A stretch of 64,000 bases of DNA from Candidatus Levyibacteriota bacterium (lineage in GTDB: Bacteria; Patescibacteriota; Microgenomatia; Levybacterales; UBA12049): assembly GCA_963716145.1 (NCBI GenBank), contig OY970292.1:965404-1029403 (forward strand), in the 5' to 3' direction. Below are positions 37,784 through 47,457 of the stretch, piece by piece. The notes under the pieces were generated by a model. It did no database searches, was not told the origin of the DNA, and was given only the letters and a program-made list of their open reading frames with translations. Position 1 is the stretch's first letter. Every line of letters starts with the position of its first letter. A program made the translations under genes and the position numbers.

Positions 37784-37822
37784 ACCTAAGATTGTTTCTC
37801 CTTGTTTTAGGTATTGTTTTTT
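37784..37822 (+). terminator. terminator-like hairpin (acctaa…ttaggt, 17-nt loop) + T-run downstream of dnaJ
   Basis: Inverted repeat at 37784-89 / 37807-12 followed by attgtttttt. Confidence 0.3.
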
Positions 37823-37836
37823 GCTACTGTTAGATT

Positions 37837-38136
37837 ATGGCATTTTGTCCCAATATTAATGATATAAATACGGATTTTGGGTGCTTTCCCAATGATCCTA
37901 TTGGTTTTGTTTTAGCGTTTTACCGTATTGGGCTTCCGTTTGTGGGAGGTGTTGCTTTAATTATTTTAATGATTGGAGGTTATACGCTCATGACTTCGCA
38001 AGGTGATCCGCAGCGCGTACGTTCTGGAAAAGCGTGGATTTACTACGCGATCGGGGGACTTTTGCTTGCAGTTTTCGGGTACGTCATTATTCAGACAATT
38101 GCCGGAGACATATTGAAGATACCAGGCTTTAGTTAA
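37837..38136 (+). CDS. small two-TM 'pilin-like' membrane protein (VirB2/TrbC-like topology), paralog of the C-terminus of 32793..33509
   Basis: 99 aa: two hydrophobic helices flanking a polar loop (…GGVALIILMIGGYTLMTSQGDPQRVRSGKAWIYYAIGGLLLAVFGYVIIQTIAGDILKIP). Position-by-position similarity to the C-terminus of the Cys-rich protein. Confidence 0.55.
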   Translation: MAFCPNINDINTDFGCFPNDPIGFVLAFYRIGLPFVGGVALIILMIGGYTLMTSQGDPQRVRSGKAWIYYAIGGLLLAVFGYVIIQTIAGDILKIPGFS

Positions 38137-38138
38137 GT

Positions 38139-41100
38139 ATGAAAAAATTTCTGCCCATATTTATAATTGTTTTCTTCGTTGGATTGTTTTTTACAAAAAC
38201 CCCGGTATTTGCTGCTGACCCTCCAGCTCAGCAGATGCAACAGGGAGCAACGGCACCCGATGGATCCTGGGTTTTGGATTCTGAAGTAACCTTTATAGGT
38301 AAAAATGCCGCAAGGTCCGGTAATCTGCTCGATTTTATATTAACAAATTATAATTGGGTTTGTGTTAAGCAGGCAGCAACTGGACAGTGCGACAACAGCG
38401 ATAATCCATTAAGAGGGGTATGGTTGACCACCGCTACATTTATAGTAGCCCCATTGCTCTTGATTGTCATACTTGCTGCCGCAATAGTAATAATGGTTAC
38501 GAGAGGCCGAAGTCTTACGATTACGCGTTTTCTTCCTCGGTTTATAATAGTGATTCTCTTAATTTTCATATCTTTTCCTATATTGCAGTATTTTTACCAA
38601 TTTATAGATAGCATTCAAGGGTTTTTCTTGAGACGGGAAATTATCCTTTTTGGTACGCCGTTTGGAGGCAACCCATGTCCACCTCAGTGTATTTCTCAAA
38701 AAGATCTGCTTTTTGTGGGCTGGGATTATGATAAATTTATTGGGCTTAGGCGAGTAGGCGATCTTTACTCAGAATCTGCATTCATCTCTCTTTTGCTCAC
38801 AAAATTAACAGCGCTTACTTATTATGTAATGGTTGGGATACTAATTCTTCGAAAAATTATTCTCTGGCTTTTTATAATTGTTTCTCCTATTTTTCCGCTT
38901 CTTTTGATGTTTTATCCAGTTCGCAATACCGGGAAGATTTGGATTGGGGAATTTTTTCGTTGGCTCTTGTACGGTCCGCTTTTCGCTATTTTTCTGAATG
39001 GGTTGGTGGCTTTATGGAGGAAGCAGATTCCCTTATCGTTTACCCCATTAGATCCCGCAGTTAAGGTAAACGAAACCATTCTTTATCCAACTGCTATAAA
39101 CATACTATTGGGAGGGCCCAGGCAATTCGTAACGCAGACTAACAGTGTCAACCTTACGGAAACATTTGCTTTATACGTAGTCTCATTACTCATGTTATGG
39201 GGGGTTATCATACTGCCATGGATACTTTTGCAGATATTTCTTGATTATGCTTCCAACTTAGGAGTTAGTGACAGTGCGGTTATGAAAAATCTGGTAAATA
39301 TGGTAAATAGGCAAAATTCTCCATCTCCCACGGGACATCCGCCTGCGACATCGGGATCTGCTCTTAGCTTGCCTTTTGCCAAAAAGTTCAGCATGCCTCT
39401 TCCTGCGGCTCCCGCTGGTATGGCAAAAGAGATACCTATTTCAACAGCAAAGATATCGCAAGCTACTTTTATGCCATCAGCTCAAGTTAAGGCACAGGTA
39501 TTAAGTCTGGCTAGTGTGCCTCTGCCTACAATGCGGGATATTGCCAAATACGATACATCTTTAATTTCAAATGATAATTCTACTCGAAATCAAGTCCAGG
39601 CACTTCAGAAGCATTTACAACAAATTGGAAATCCCGCATCTTCTACTTCAACTACAGAACGTGAAAGGTATACAGAAATACACGAAAAACTTAGTCAAGA
39701 GAGTAAAACTGGAAATACTCTGGCAACATCAATTCTGAATGCAGCGAGTACGGCTTCCAAACGGAGCAGTCAAGTAAGTAGCGCGCAAGTAAAAAATATT
39801 TTAACCCAAATTGCCAACCCTACAACCGCTTCAAGCTCAGTTGTAAACCGAGAGAAACTCTCTAAGATGAATCAGTCGCTTACAAAAGCGAAACAGGAGG
39901 GCAATACTCTTGCAACGGCGATTTTGTCTGTAAATGCAAAGACTCCGGAGTCGGAAGTTGTAAAACTGCAGGAAAAAATAAGAGAAGCCAGAGAAAAAGG
40001 CGAACCTGTTGGAGTTCAGCTGGCTCAACTTACTGAGAAAAAAGAAACAATCCCACTTGTTAATCGTGTTCAGACGGTAAGTAAGGAAGATTATGAAGCC
40101 GTAAAGCAAATGTGGAAAGAAAATTATAAAAATCTCGAAGTGCCGGAAGGTATGGCCGGAACCCGTGAAGAATGGGTTAAGGACGATGTCGCTAAAATAG
40201 ATAACATCATCGTTCAACTGGGCTCACACGACGAAGAACAGATGAATAAAGGCATGGAGGAGGTATCAAGCATTCTACCCTTCCTTTTAGTTGGAGGCTT
40301 TTCACAAACAGAAATTATATCTTATCTAAAAGCTAAGCAAGATGCAGCAAAAGAAGTAACTGCAGAATTGGCCCAGGAAGAGGATGATAAAGTTTCTGTA
40401 ACCGTAAAGAAGACTGCTACGGCTCAGCAAACAATGTCAGCTTCTGTTTCGGAAGATTCAGATGAGGAGTCAGATCTAACCAACTTATCCTCAAGACCAG
40501 CAAATATTATTAATCCCCAAGTGTCAAATGAAATCCTAGAGATGGTTAATCTTAAGCTTCCTAATATGCGTGATATTGCAAAATACGAAACAATGACGTT
40601 ATCAAAAGATAAATCTAAATCGTTAGAAGTCGAGAAAGTACAGGAGGTTCTCCGAAATATTGCTAACCCAACAGGTATAACTAATGCTTCTGATAAGGAG
40701 CGTTATGAAAAACTTAAAGAAAAAATGATTGAGGCAAGTCAACAAGGTAATGTTACCGCAGAGATCATTTTGGCGGCAGCAAATGGGGCAATACCTGTTA
40801 GTAGCACAGTAACTTCCGCTCAGACTAAGACAGTTCTTTCACAAATTGCCAATCCGTCTCTTGCCGCTTCATCAAAAGACAAGCAGCGATTTACTTCACT
40901 TCACGATCAGCTGACAAAAGCAAGTCAACAGGGAAATACTCTGGCAACGTCTCTTCTTTCCGTTAAAGAAACAGCAACCAAAGAGGAAGTGGAAAAGCTT
41001 AATGCTCAATTGGGAGAAGCAAAGGCAAAAGGTGAAAGTCTTGCTAGCTCAGTATTATCAAACATTGCACCTCCTATCTCTCTTCCTGTAACCAATCGTA

Positions 41101-42815
41101 TCCAAACGGTAAGCCAGGAGGATTATCAAGCGGTAAAAGAGATGTGGAAAGAAAATTACCAGAATCTTGAAATCCCCGCTGGTCTGGCAAGCACAAGACC
41201 TGAGTGGATTAACAACGATATTTCAAAGATTGATAGTATCATTACTCAATTGTCATCAACTGATCAGGAACAGGTAGCAAAAGGCATGGAGGAGGTATCA
41301 AGCATTCTACCCTTCCTTTTAGTTGGAGGCTTTTCACAAACAGAAATCACCGCTTATCTAAAAGCAAAACAAGACGCAGCAAGGGAAATACTTACAGTAA
41401 TCTCACAGGAAGAAGATACAAAGATAACGGTTGATAGAAGGCAAACAAACATCAAGCAAACAATGAGAGCAGCTATTCCCCAAGCAGCAGACGAGGAGGC
41501 TATGAGTTTAGCCGGTCCAACAAAAAATATAGTTATTCCGCAAATTTCAGAAAAGACATTAACAATGGCCAATCTTCAGCTTCCCAAGTTGACAGATATT
41601 GTCAAATATGAAGTAAGGAGTTTGACAAAAGACAAAAAAGAGTCAGAACGTATCGAGAAAATGCAATCAGTGCTTGTAAAGATTGGTAATCCGGCAAGTA
41701 TTACAACTCCGCAGGAGCGTGCGCAATATGAAAATCTCCGCCAAAAACTTGGGGAAGAAAGCTTAAAAGGTAATACTACAGCAGATATGATTCTGTCAGC
41801 AGTTTCTAACTTAGAAGGAGCTGTTTCTGAAATTAATGCAACACTGGTAGACATAAGTACAGTACTTCAGCAAATCGCAAATCCCCAGAGCGTTGCATAT
41901 GCAGATGACCGTGATTATTACACACGTTTGCATCAATATCTAGAAAAAGAAAGTAAAGAGAAAAATAACGTACTCGCTGAAAAGATTTTGAGCGTCAATA
42001 AGACAACCAAGACCTCAGACATACAGGATATTAAACAACAATTAATACTTACGAAAGATGGGACAGTATCTCTTCTTCCGCAATTGACGACAGTTATAAA
42101 TGACTTTTCTACTACTAAAAAGTTGAGATCAGTAATAAATCAAATCTTATCACCTGAACCTGTGGGGGGTAAGCCTGCTAGCGCTACAGTTATAAAAATT
42201 CGAAAGTCAATAGATGAGGCAAATAAAAAAGGTGACATTCTTGCAGCATCAATATTGTCGGTTAATGATAAAACATCCGATACAGCCATAAAGCAAATTC
42301 ACGAAAAGCTTACTGAAGCAGGCAAAAAGGGCGATCCCGCTGCACAGGCAATTATTTCGCAAGTCTCTGGACCCTTTGCTTCGTCAAGCGCAAACCGTAT
42401 ACAAGAGGTTACACCGGAAGAGTACGAAGAAGCAAAGGAATTATGGAAAAAAGCCTACCTACAGTATTTTGTCCCTCCTGGTTTTACAGAGGATATTAAG
42501 GGAAGAATTGATTGGATAAGCAAAGACAGTAAGGATATTGAAGAGACAATTGGTCTTTTGCAGTCAACTGACGAGGAAAAGAAAGATACAGGAATCAAAA
42601 AAGTTTCAAGCATTTTGCCATTTTTGCTTCTGGGAGGTTTTTCCTATGATGAGATGATTGAGTATCTTCAAACTAAGCTGGAAGCAGGAAAAGAAGCGTT
42701 AGCTAGTATTAATGATGAAGAGGATAAATCAATTGAAATAAATGTTAAAAAGGAGGAAAAACCTCAAGAAATGCAAGCAAGCGAAGAGATAGAAGGTACA
42801 GATAAGAAAAATTAA
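38139..42815 (+). CDS. giant (1558 aa) polytopic membrane protein: signal peptide, ≥6-TM N-terminal domain, then three ~344-aa super-repeats built from a ~90-aa 'IANP…ASQQGNTLA…ILSV…AKxKG(D/E)' module
   Basis: Signal peptide and TM helices within aa 1-380. Repeated blocks include LPxMRDIAKYE…IGNPA…, …ILTQIANP…LTKA(K/S)QQGNTLATxxLSV… and GMEEVSSILPFLLVGGFSQTEIxxYLKAKQDAA, with 65 nt identical at 40251-40315 versus 41283-41347. Starts 2 nt after the pilin-like gene. Confidence 0.7.
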   Translation: MKKFLPIFIIVFFVGLFFTKTPVFAADPPAQQMQQGATAPDGSWVLDSEVTFIGKNAARSGNLLDFILTNYNWVCVKQAATGQCDNSDNPLRGVWLTTATFIVAPLLLIVILAAAIVIMVTRGRSLTITRFLPRFIIVILLIFISFPILQYFYQFIDSIQGFFLRREIILFGTPFGGNPCPPQCISQKDLLFVGWDYDKFIGLRRVGDLYSESAFISLLLTKLTALTYYVMVGILILRKIILWLFIIVSPIFPLLLMFYPVRNTGKIWIGEFFRWLLYGPLFAIFLNGLVALWRKQIPLSFTPLDPAVKVNETILYPTAINILLGGPRQFVTQTNSVNLTETFALYVVSLLMLWGVIILPWILLQIFLDYASNLGVSDSAVMKNLVNMVNRQNSPSPTGHPPATSGSALSLPFAKKFSMPLPAAPAGMAKEIPISTAKISQATFMPSAQVKAQVLSLASVPLPTMRDIAKYDTSLISNDNSTRNQVQALQKHLQQIGNPASSTSTTERERYTEIHEKLSQESKTGNTLATSILNAASTASKRSSQVSSAQVKNILTQIANPTTASSSVVNREKLSKMNQSLTKAKQEGNTLATAILSVNAKTPESEVVKLQEKIREAREKGEPVGVQLAQLTEKKETIPLVNRVQTVSKEDYEAVKQMWKENYKNLEVPEGMAGTREEWVKDDVAKIDNIIVQLGSHDEEQMNKGMEEVSSILPFLLVGGFSQTEIISYLKAKQDAAKEVTAELAQEEDDKVSVTVKKTATAQQTMSASVSEDSDEESDLTNLSSRPANIINPQVSNEILEMVNLKLPNMRDIAKYETMTLSKDKSKSLEVEKVQEVLRNIANPTGITNASDKERYEKLKEKMIEASQQGNVTAEIILAAANGAIPVSSTVTSAQTKTVLSQIANPSLAASSKDKQRFTSLHDQLTKASQQGNTLATSLLSVKETATKEEVEKLNAQLGEAKAKGESLASSVLSNIAPPISLPVTNRIQTVSQEDYQAVKEMWKENYQNLEIPAGLASTRPEWINNDISKIDSIITQLSSTDQEQVAKGMEEVSSILPFLLVGGFSQTEITAYLKAKQDAAREILTVISQEEDTKITVDRRQTNIKQTMRAAIPQAADEEAMSLAGPTKNIVIPQISEKTLTMANLQLPKLTDIVKYEVRSLTKDKKESERIEKMQSVLVKIGNPASITTPQERAQYENLRQKLGEESLKGNTTADMILSAVSNLEGAVSEINATLVDISTVLQQIANPQSVAYADDRDYYTRLHQYLEKESKEKNNVLAEKILSVNKTTKTSDIQDIKQQLILTKDGTVSLLPQLTTVINDFSTTKKLRSVINQILSPEPVGGKPASATVIKIRKSIDEANKKGDILAASILSVNDKTSDTAIKQIHEKLTEAGKKGDPAAQAIISQVSGPFASSSANRIQEVTPEEYEEAKELWKKAYLQYFVPPGFTEDIKGRIDWISKDSKDIEETIGLLQSTDEEKKDTGIKKVSSILPFLLLGGFSYDEMIEYLQTKLEAGKEALASINDEEDKSIEINVKKEEKPQEMQASEEIEGTDKKN
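39550..42760 (+). repeat. in-frame tandem super-repeat array (period ~1032 nt, three copies) inside the giant membrane protein gene
   Basis: Protein-level three-fold repetition. The 65-nt identical DNA block between copies 1 and 2 indicates recent duplication or gene conversion. Confidence 0.8.
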
Positions 42816-42869
42816 ATTACTTGTTATTTTACGGTAATTAGTATTTAATATAATAGAAGAAAGGATACT

Positions 42870-45800
42870 ATGTTTGGAACATTTTTTAATCAAAAAAAAC
42901 CTGGGGATACTGATTCTAATCAGCAGAATCCTCAAAATACACCTGACCAAACCAATCAATCTTTAGCTCCAAGTAGTCAAACTCCCTCGGGGCAAATTCA
43001 GCAAGCGCAAGATCCGGTAGCGCCTGGACCTATCAGCCCAAACATCTCACAGGATACGTCTTCTCAAGATGTTCAGCAGCAGCCAAATATAAATACTCCT
43101 ATTAAAGATCCAACCGGCAATTTATCACAAAGAGCTGATACTCAAGCATTATCGCACCTTGATCCAAGAGCTGGGCAAGTCCTCACTCACGCGCAAGAAG
43201 AAACAAGACGTATAAAGCAGCAATTTATAGAACCCGCTCAAATCCTTTTTGGCCTATTGTATGATGAGCAGATTTACAAATTATTGGAGGAGTCTCAAGT
43301 TGATGGCGGTGCGTTATCCAAAGAAATTCAGTCAAAAGAAATAATGGGTGTTTTTAGAGGTCAACCAGCTTTAAGTAAGAATGCGCAGGCAGTATTTGAC
43401 CAGGCGTATAAAGACTCAAAAATGCGCGCATCCAACTTTATCTCCGCTGAAGACTTATTGATTGCTTTATTTACTCCTGACTTTGGGGTTTCACAGTCTT
43501 TGGAATCACGAGGGCTTAAAAAAGAGGCCTTAATTGAAAGAATTGCCAAAAATCCTAATTCAAACTACAGCAAAAAAACAATTCTTGAAAGCTACGGAAT
43601 TGATCTCAACGAAGAAGCCAGATCCGGAAAACTTGATCCCATTGCGGGTCGGGATTTGGAAATTGACAGGATGGTTCACATTCTTCTCCGAAGGACTAAA
43701 AACAATCCGATTATTATCGGTGAAACAGGAGTTGGGAAAACAGCAATAGTTGAGGGATTGGCACAGAAAATTGTTGCAGGACAAGTGCCCAAAGATTTAC
43801 AGGACAAAAGAGTTTTTCAGCTTGATGTTGCTTCGCTGGTTGCGGGTGCATCGCACAGGGGAGAATTTGAGGAGCGTCTCCGGGGAGTAATTAATGAAGT
43901 TTTGGGATCAGGAAACAAAATAATTCTTTTTATTGATGAGATTCACGCGCTTTTGGGGACAGGAGACGGAGAAGGGATGAATGCTGCAAATATCATAAAA
44001 CCCCACTTGGCCCGTGGCCATTTGCAGCTGATTGGTGCTACAACCACTATTGAATACAGAAAGAATTTTGAAAAAGATAAAGCATTTGAGAGGCGCTTTC
44101 AGCCTGTAACTGCTGAAGAGCCTTCGGAGGAAAATGCTTTTGAAATGCTCAAAGTCATCCGCCCAAAATATGAGAAGTTCCATAGAGTTACTATTTCTGA
44201 CGACACTCTTATGGAATGTGTCAAACTCTCCAAAAAATATATAGGAGAGCGTTATCTACCTGACAAGGCAGTTGATTTATTGGATGAGGCAGGATCAGAA
44301 GTAAAATTACAAGCGGACGAAGGCAAAAGAGCTGATGCTCAAGTTAAAAAGGCTGATATTGAAAACGTAGTAAGTGGATGGACTGGAATACCTATTACTA
44401 AATTGACAGAGGATGAGTCCGAAAAGCTCTTAAAGCTTGAAGACAGGATCCATCACAGGCTTATTGACCAGATGGAGGCAGTAGTTGCTGTTTCTGAAGC
44501 GGTAAGGCGGGGAAGGATCGGTTTGGCCGCTGCCAATAGGCCGATTGCTTCGTTTGTATTCTTAGGTCCAACAGGAGTTGGAAAAACGGAACTTGCCAAA
44601 ACACTTGCCGAGCTTTTGTTTGGCCGTGATGACGCCATGGCAAGACTTGATATGTCAGAGTATATGGAGAAGCACGAAGTTGCAAAGCTTATAGGTGCAC
44701 CTCCGGGCTATGTTGGTTATGAAGAAGGTGGTCAATTGACAGAAGCAGTTCGAAAGAAACCTTATTCAATTGTACTTCTGGATGAAATAGAAAAAGCACA
44801 CCCTGACGTATTTAACATTCTGCTTCAATTACTTGAAGATGGAAGATTGACTGACAATAAGGGAAATACAATTTCATTCAAAAACACTATTGTAATTTGT
44901 ACATCCAATATCGGAAGTTCTCTCATTCAGGAAAAATTGGCAGAAGATGACCCGCAGCACAAAAAAACACCTGATGAGCAGGCAAAAACATTCAAAGAAC
45001 TGACAGAGGTTGTTAAAGGAGAGCTTATTAAATTTTTTAGGCCAGAACTTCTTAACCGTTTTGATGAGGTTGTAGTATTCAAGCCGCTCGCTCAGGAACA
45101 TATGGCAGGAATTGCAAGATTGGGAATCAAAAAGACAGCAGGCCTTCTTAAAGAGCAGGGCTTTACACTTCAAATTACAGAAAAAGCTATCGCAAAGTTG
45201 GCAAAAGACGGATATGACCCGGTTTATGGCGCAAGGCCTCTACGTCGTTTAATTCAAACAGCGATTGAAAATCCAATAGCCCTTGAGATAATTTCCAAAA
45301 AATTTGAAGCAGGAGATACGATCGTTGTTGATTATAATGATGCAAGTAATGAGTTTACATTCACCAAAGGCCAAAGTGATGTAAATACAGCAGATAGCTT
45401 GAAAAAAATACTGCTTGATATAAATAATGCATCAGGCCTTACTGATCCAGCAAAAAAAGATCAATACACTAGGCTCCACGACAGCATCACTCAGGCTAGT
45501 GCTCAGGGAAATGTGTGGGCTGGTGCAATACTTGTTGTAAATAAGGATAGTAAGAATGAAGAAATTGAAAAAATTGCAAAAGAGTTAAAAGCAGCTCGGG
45601 ACAAAGGTGATCAGCTTGCTCAGGATATAGTGGCACTCTTAAATACAGAAACAGTTAAGGAGGCTGAAATGGAACATGAGAAAGAGCCGGTAACCCAGTT
45701 TAAAAAAATGCTTCAACAAATAATTAATCCTTTGTATTCGGCAACACCAGGTAACAAGGATAGATTTAGTCAATTGTATGAAAAACTTACAGCGGCAAGT

Positions 45801-46553
45801 CAACAAAACAACTCAATTGCCGCCTCAATTCTTGCAATTACAGAACAAGCCCCAGATTCAGATATTCAGCAGTTAAAAACTCAACTTGAAACTGCTAAGG
45901 GTCAAGGTGATCAGTTGGCAATTGATATTCTTTCAACAATAGAAGCTGGTACCAAAACCGAAGCAGTAGCAAGGCTTAAAGAAGTATTGCTTTCCATAGT
46001 TAATCCTATTACTGTTCAGATTCCACTTGAAAAAGAAAAATATGTGGCACTTGCCAAGAAAATTTCCGAAGCGTCTCAAGCTGGGAATGCTTTAGCAAAT
46101 TCGATACTTTCTGTAAACGATGCGACTACTGATGACTCACTTATACAGCTTAAGACTCAATTAGAAACTGCAAAGGATAGTCATGATGAGGTGGCTAGTG
46201 CAGTTTGGGAGATGGTATCCGGGACGGGACTGATTGCAAGCGCTGAACAGCAAGTCTCAGAGCAAAATCCCGCTAAAACATACCCATTTGGTATGGGGCA
46301 GCAGCCTGTTAATAACCCATTGACCCCAGATCCATCTCAGGGAGCGGTCTTGCAGCAGGGGGCGGTTCTTCAAGCACCAATTGCCCAACCAGCTTTTGGT
46401 CAATCAAGTGGCGGGCCGACTACTTTCCAGCCCCCTACAGCTGATCCCCAAAGCGGCATGAGTCCGGGAATGAGTACGTTAAATGAAATTTTGGAAAAAG
46501 ATACAGATTTGGTAAGTAATCCTGTTGAATCAGACGGTCAGGATATAACTTAA
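42870..46553 (+). CDS. ClpC/ClpA-like double-AAA+ unfoldase: N-terminal Q/P/S-rich tail, Clp_N domain, D1 and D2 but no M-domain and no ClpP-docking loop, plus a C-terminal ~380-aa extension carrying the same repeat module as 38139..42815
   Basis: Clp_N (…[34 protein letters not shown]…). D1 Walker [19 protein letters not shown]; D2 Walker [21 protein letters not shown], Walker [11 protein letters not shown], sensor [12 protein letters not shown]. The C-terminus shows three repeats (…[44 protein letters not shown]…[17 protein letters not shown]…; …[43 protein letters not shown]…[14 protein letters not shown]…; …[11 protein letters not shown]…[19 protein letters not shown]…[12 protein letters not shown]), then a Q/P/G-rich tail. 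Confidence 0.85.
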   Translation: MFGTFFNQKKPGDTDSNQQNPQNTPDQTNQSLAPSSQTPSGQIQQAQDPVAPGPISPNISQDTSSQDVQQQPNINTPIKDPTGNLSQRADTQALSHLDPRAGQVLTHAQEETRRIKQQFIEPAQILFGLLYDEQIYKLLEESQVDGGALSKEIQSKEIMGVFRGQPALSKNAQAVFDQAYKDSKMRASNFISAEDLLIALFTPDFGVSQSLESRGLKKEALIERIAKNPNSNYSKKTILESYGIDLNEEARSGKLDPIAGRDLEIDRMVHILLRRTKNNPIIIGETGVGKTAIVEGLAQKIVAGQVPKDLQDKRVFQLDVASLVAGASHRGEFEERLRGVINEVLGSGNKIILFIDEIHALLGTGDGEGMNAANIIKPHLARGHLQLIGATTTIEYRKNFEKDKAFERRFQPVTAEEPSEENAFEMLKVIRPKYEKFHRVTISDDTLMECVKLSKKYIGERYLPDKAVDLLDEAGSEVKLQADEGKRADAQVKKADIENVVSGWTGIPITKLTEDESEKLLKLEDRIHHRLIDQMEAVVAVSEAVRRGRIGLAAANRPIASFVFLGPTGVGKTELAKTLAELLFGRDDAMARLDMSEYMEKHEVAKLIGAPPGYVGYEEGGQLTEAVRKKPYSIVLLDEIEKAHPDVFNILLQLLEDGRLTDNKGNTISFKNTIVICTSNIGSSLIQEKLAEDDPQHKKTPDEQAKTFKELTEVVKGELIKFFRPELLNRFDEVVVFKPLAQEHMAGIARLGIKKTAGLLKEQGFTLQITEKAIAKLAKDGYDPVYGARPLRRLIQTAIENPIALEIISKKFEAGDTIVVDYNDASNEFTFTKGQSDVNTADSLKKILLDINNASGLTDPAKKDQYTRLHDSITQASAQGNVWAGAILVVNKDSKNEEIEKIAKELKAARDKGDQLAQDIVALLNTETVKEAEMEHEKEPVTQFKKMLQQIINPLYSATPGNKDRFSQLYEKLTAASQQNNSIAASILAITEQAPDSDIQQLKTQLETAKGQGDQLAIDILSTIEAGTKTEAVARLKEVLLSIVNPITVQIPLEKEKYVALAKKISEASQAGNALANSILSVNDATTDDSLIQLKTQLETAKDSHDEVASAVWEMVSGTGLIASAEQQVSEQNPAKTYPFGMGQQPVNNPLTPDPSQGAVLQQGAVLQAPIAQPAFGQSSGGPTTFQPPTADPQSGMSPGMSTLNEILEKDTDLVSNPVESDGQDIT

Positions 46554-46555
46554 GA

Positions 46556-47287
46556 ATGAAATTAGGATTGTTTACCCAACTTATTCTTGCATTCATAATT
46601 CTCCTTCTAATCTCTTTCTTGTTACCAGTAGTACACATAGCAAATATTGAGGCACTTCTTGCGTCATCAACATTTTTATTTGGGGTTCTTTATGGTTTTG
46701 AAATATCAATAGTTCTGGATAATTTTTCTAAACTCAAGGCACTCCTGGCGGTAGAAAATGCAGGTGTATTGTCCATTTATCATTTAAGTAAAATTATCGG
46801 TGGTAGTTTTTCTGAAGATATAGAAAAAAGAATAGAGGTATATCTTAAAAAAGCTATAGATATTCCTCTAGATAGGCATTTGCAGGAAACAAATAAAGAA
46901 TTCTTTGCAATATTTGAACCACTACAGAACGCAAAAGTAAATGGAGATGAAAAAATATCCGCATTAGGCTGTATTAATCAAGGATTATATTATATTCCGC
47001 AGTCAAGAGCCCAAATTGCCCAGGTTGCTCCGAGAGACGTTGATCGGCCCGAATGGTCGATGCTTCTAATGCTCGCATTTATTATTATAGGAACCTTGCT
47101 CCTATCTAGGGAAGCAAGTATAATTTCCCAAGTAGCATCAGCAATTTTCGGTACCACTTTAATAGGGGCATTATTATTGCTTGAAGAGGCTGATAGCAAT
47201 CATTTGCAGGAAGCACGTCTCGAGTATGAAGTCTTCAACGAGACTTTAGAGGCAATGGGTAAACCCCGATATTATCCAAAAATGTGA
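46556..47287 (+). CDS. polytopic membrane protein, hypothetical
   Basis: 243 aa with ≥4 hydrophobic helices. Starts 3 nt after the Clp-like gene, so is probably co-transcribed. Confidence 0.5.
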   Translation: MKLGLFTQLILAFIILLLISFLLPVVHIANIEALLASSTFLFGVLYGFEISIVLDNFSKLKALLAVENAGVLSIYHLSKIIGGSFSEDIEKRIEVYLKKAIDIPLDRHLQETNKEFFAIFEPLQNAKVNGDEKISALGCINQGLYYIPQSRAQIAQVAPRDVDRPEWSMLLMLAFIIIGTLLLSREASIISQVASAIFGTTLIGALLLLEEADSNHLQEARLEYEVFNETLEAMGKPRYYPKM

Positions 47288-47331
47288 TTTAAGTCTGAGG
47301 ATTAGATTGTAAGCCCAATACTTTTTCTATC

Positions 47332-47360
47332 TTGAAAAGCTCTATAAAAGCCTTTATACT
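47332..47360 (+). promoter_or_regulatory. sigma70-like promoter (TTGAAA-17-TATACT)
   Basis: ttgaaa at 47332-37, a 17-nt spacer, tatact at 47355-60. ~95-nt leader with a strong SD (ggaaaggaggtga) before the ATG at 47458. Confidence 0.4.
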
Positions 47361-47457
47361 GTGCAAGAATTGGATTCTTAATAAACCTATGCTATTCTTT
47401 TTAGAAATACAGTATTTGGGTTTAGTCCAAGTAAACCTTGGGGAAAGGAGGTGACAT

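Noticed and set aside
37837-42815. Calling the pilin-like plus polytopic gene pair a canonical VirB2/VirB6 type IV secretion system
   Set aside because: No VirB4/VirD4/VirB11-type ATPase or other T4SS core gene is present in the 64 kb; the ATPases nearby are Hsp100/Clp-like. The T4SS analogy is kept only as a topology comparison.
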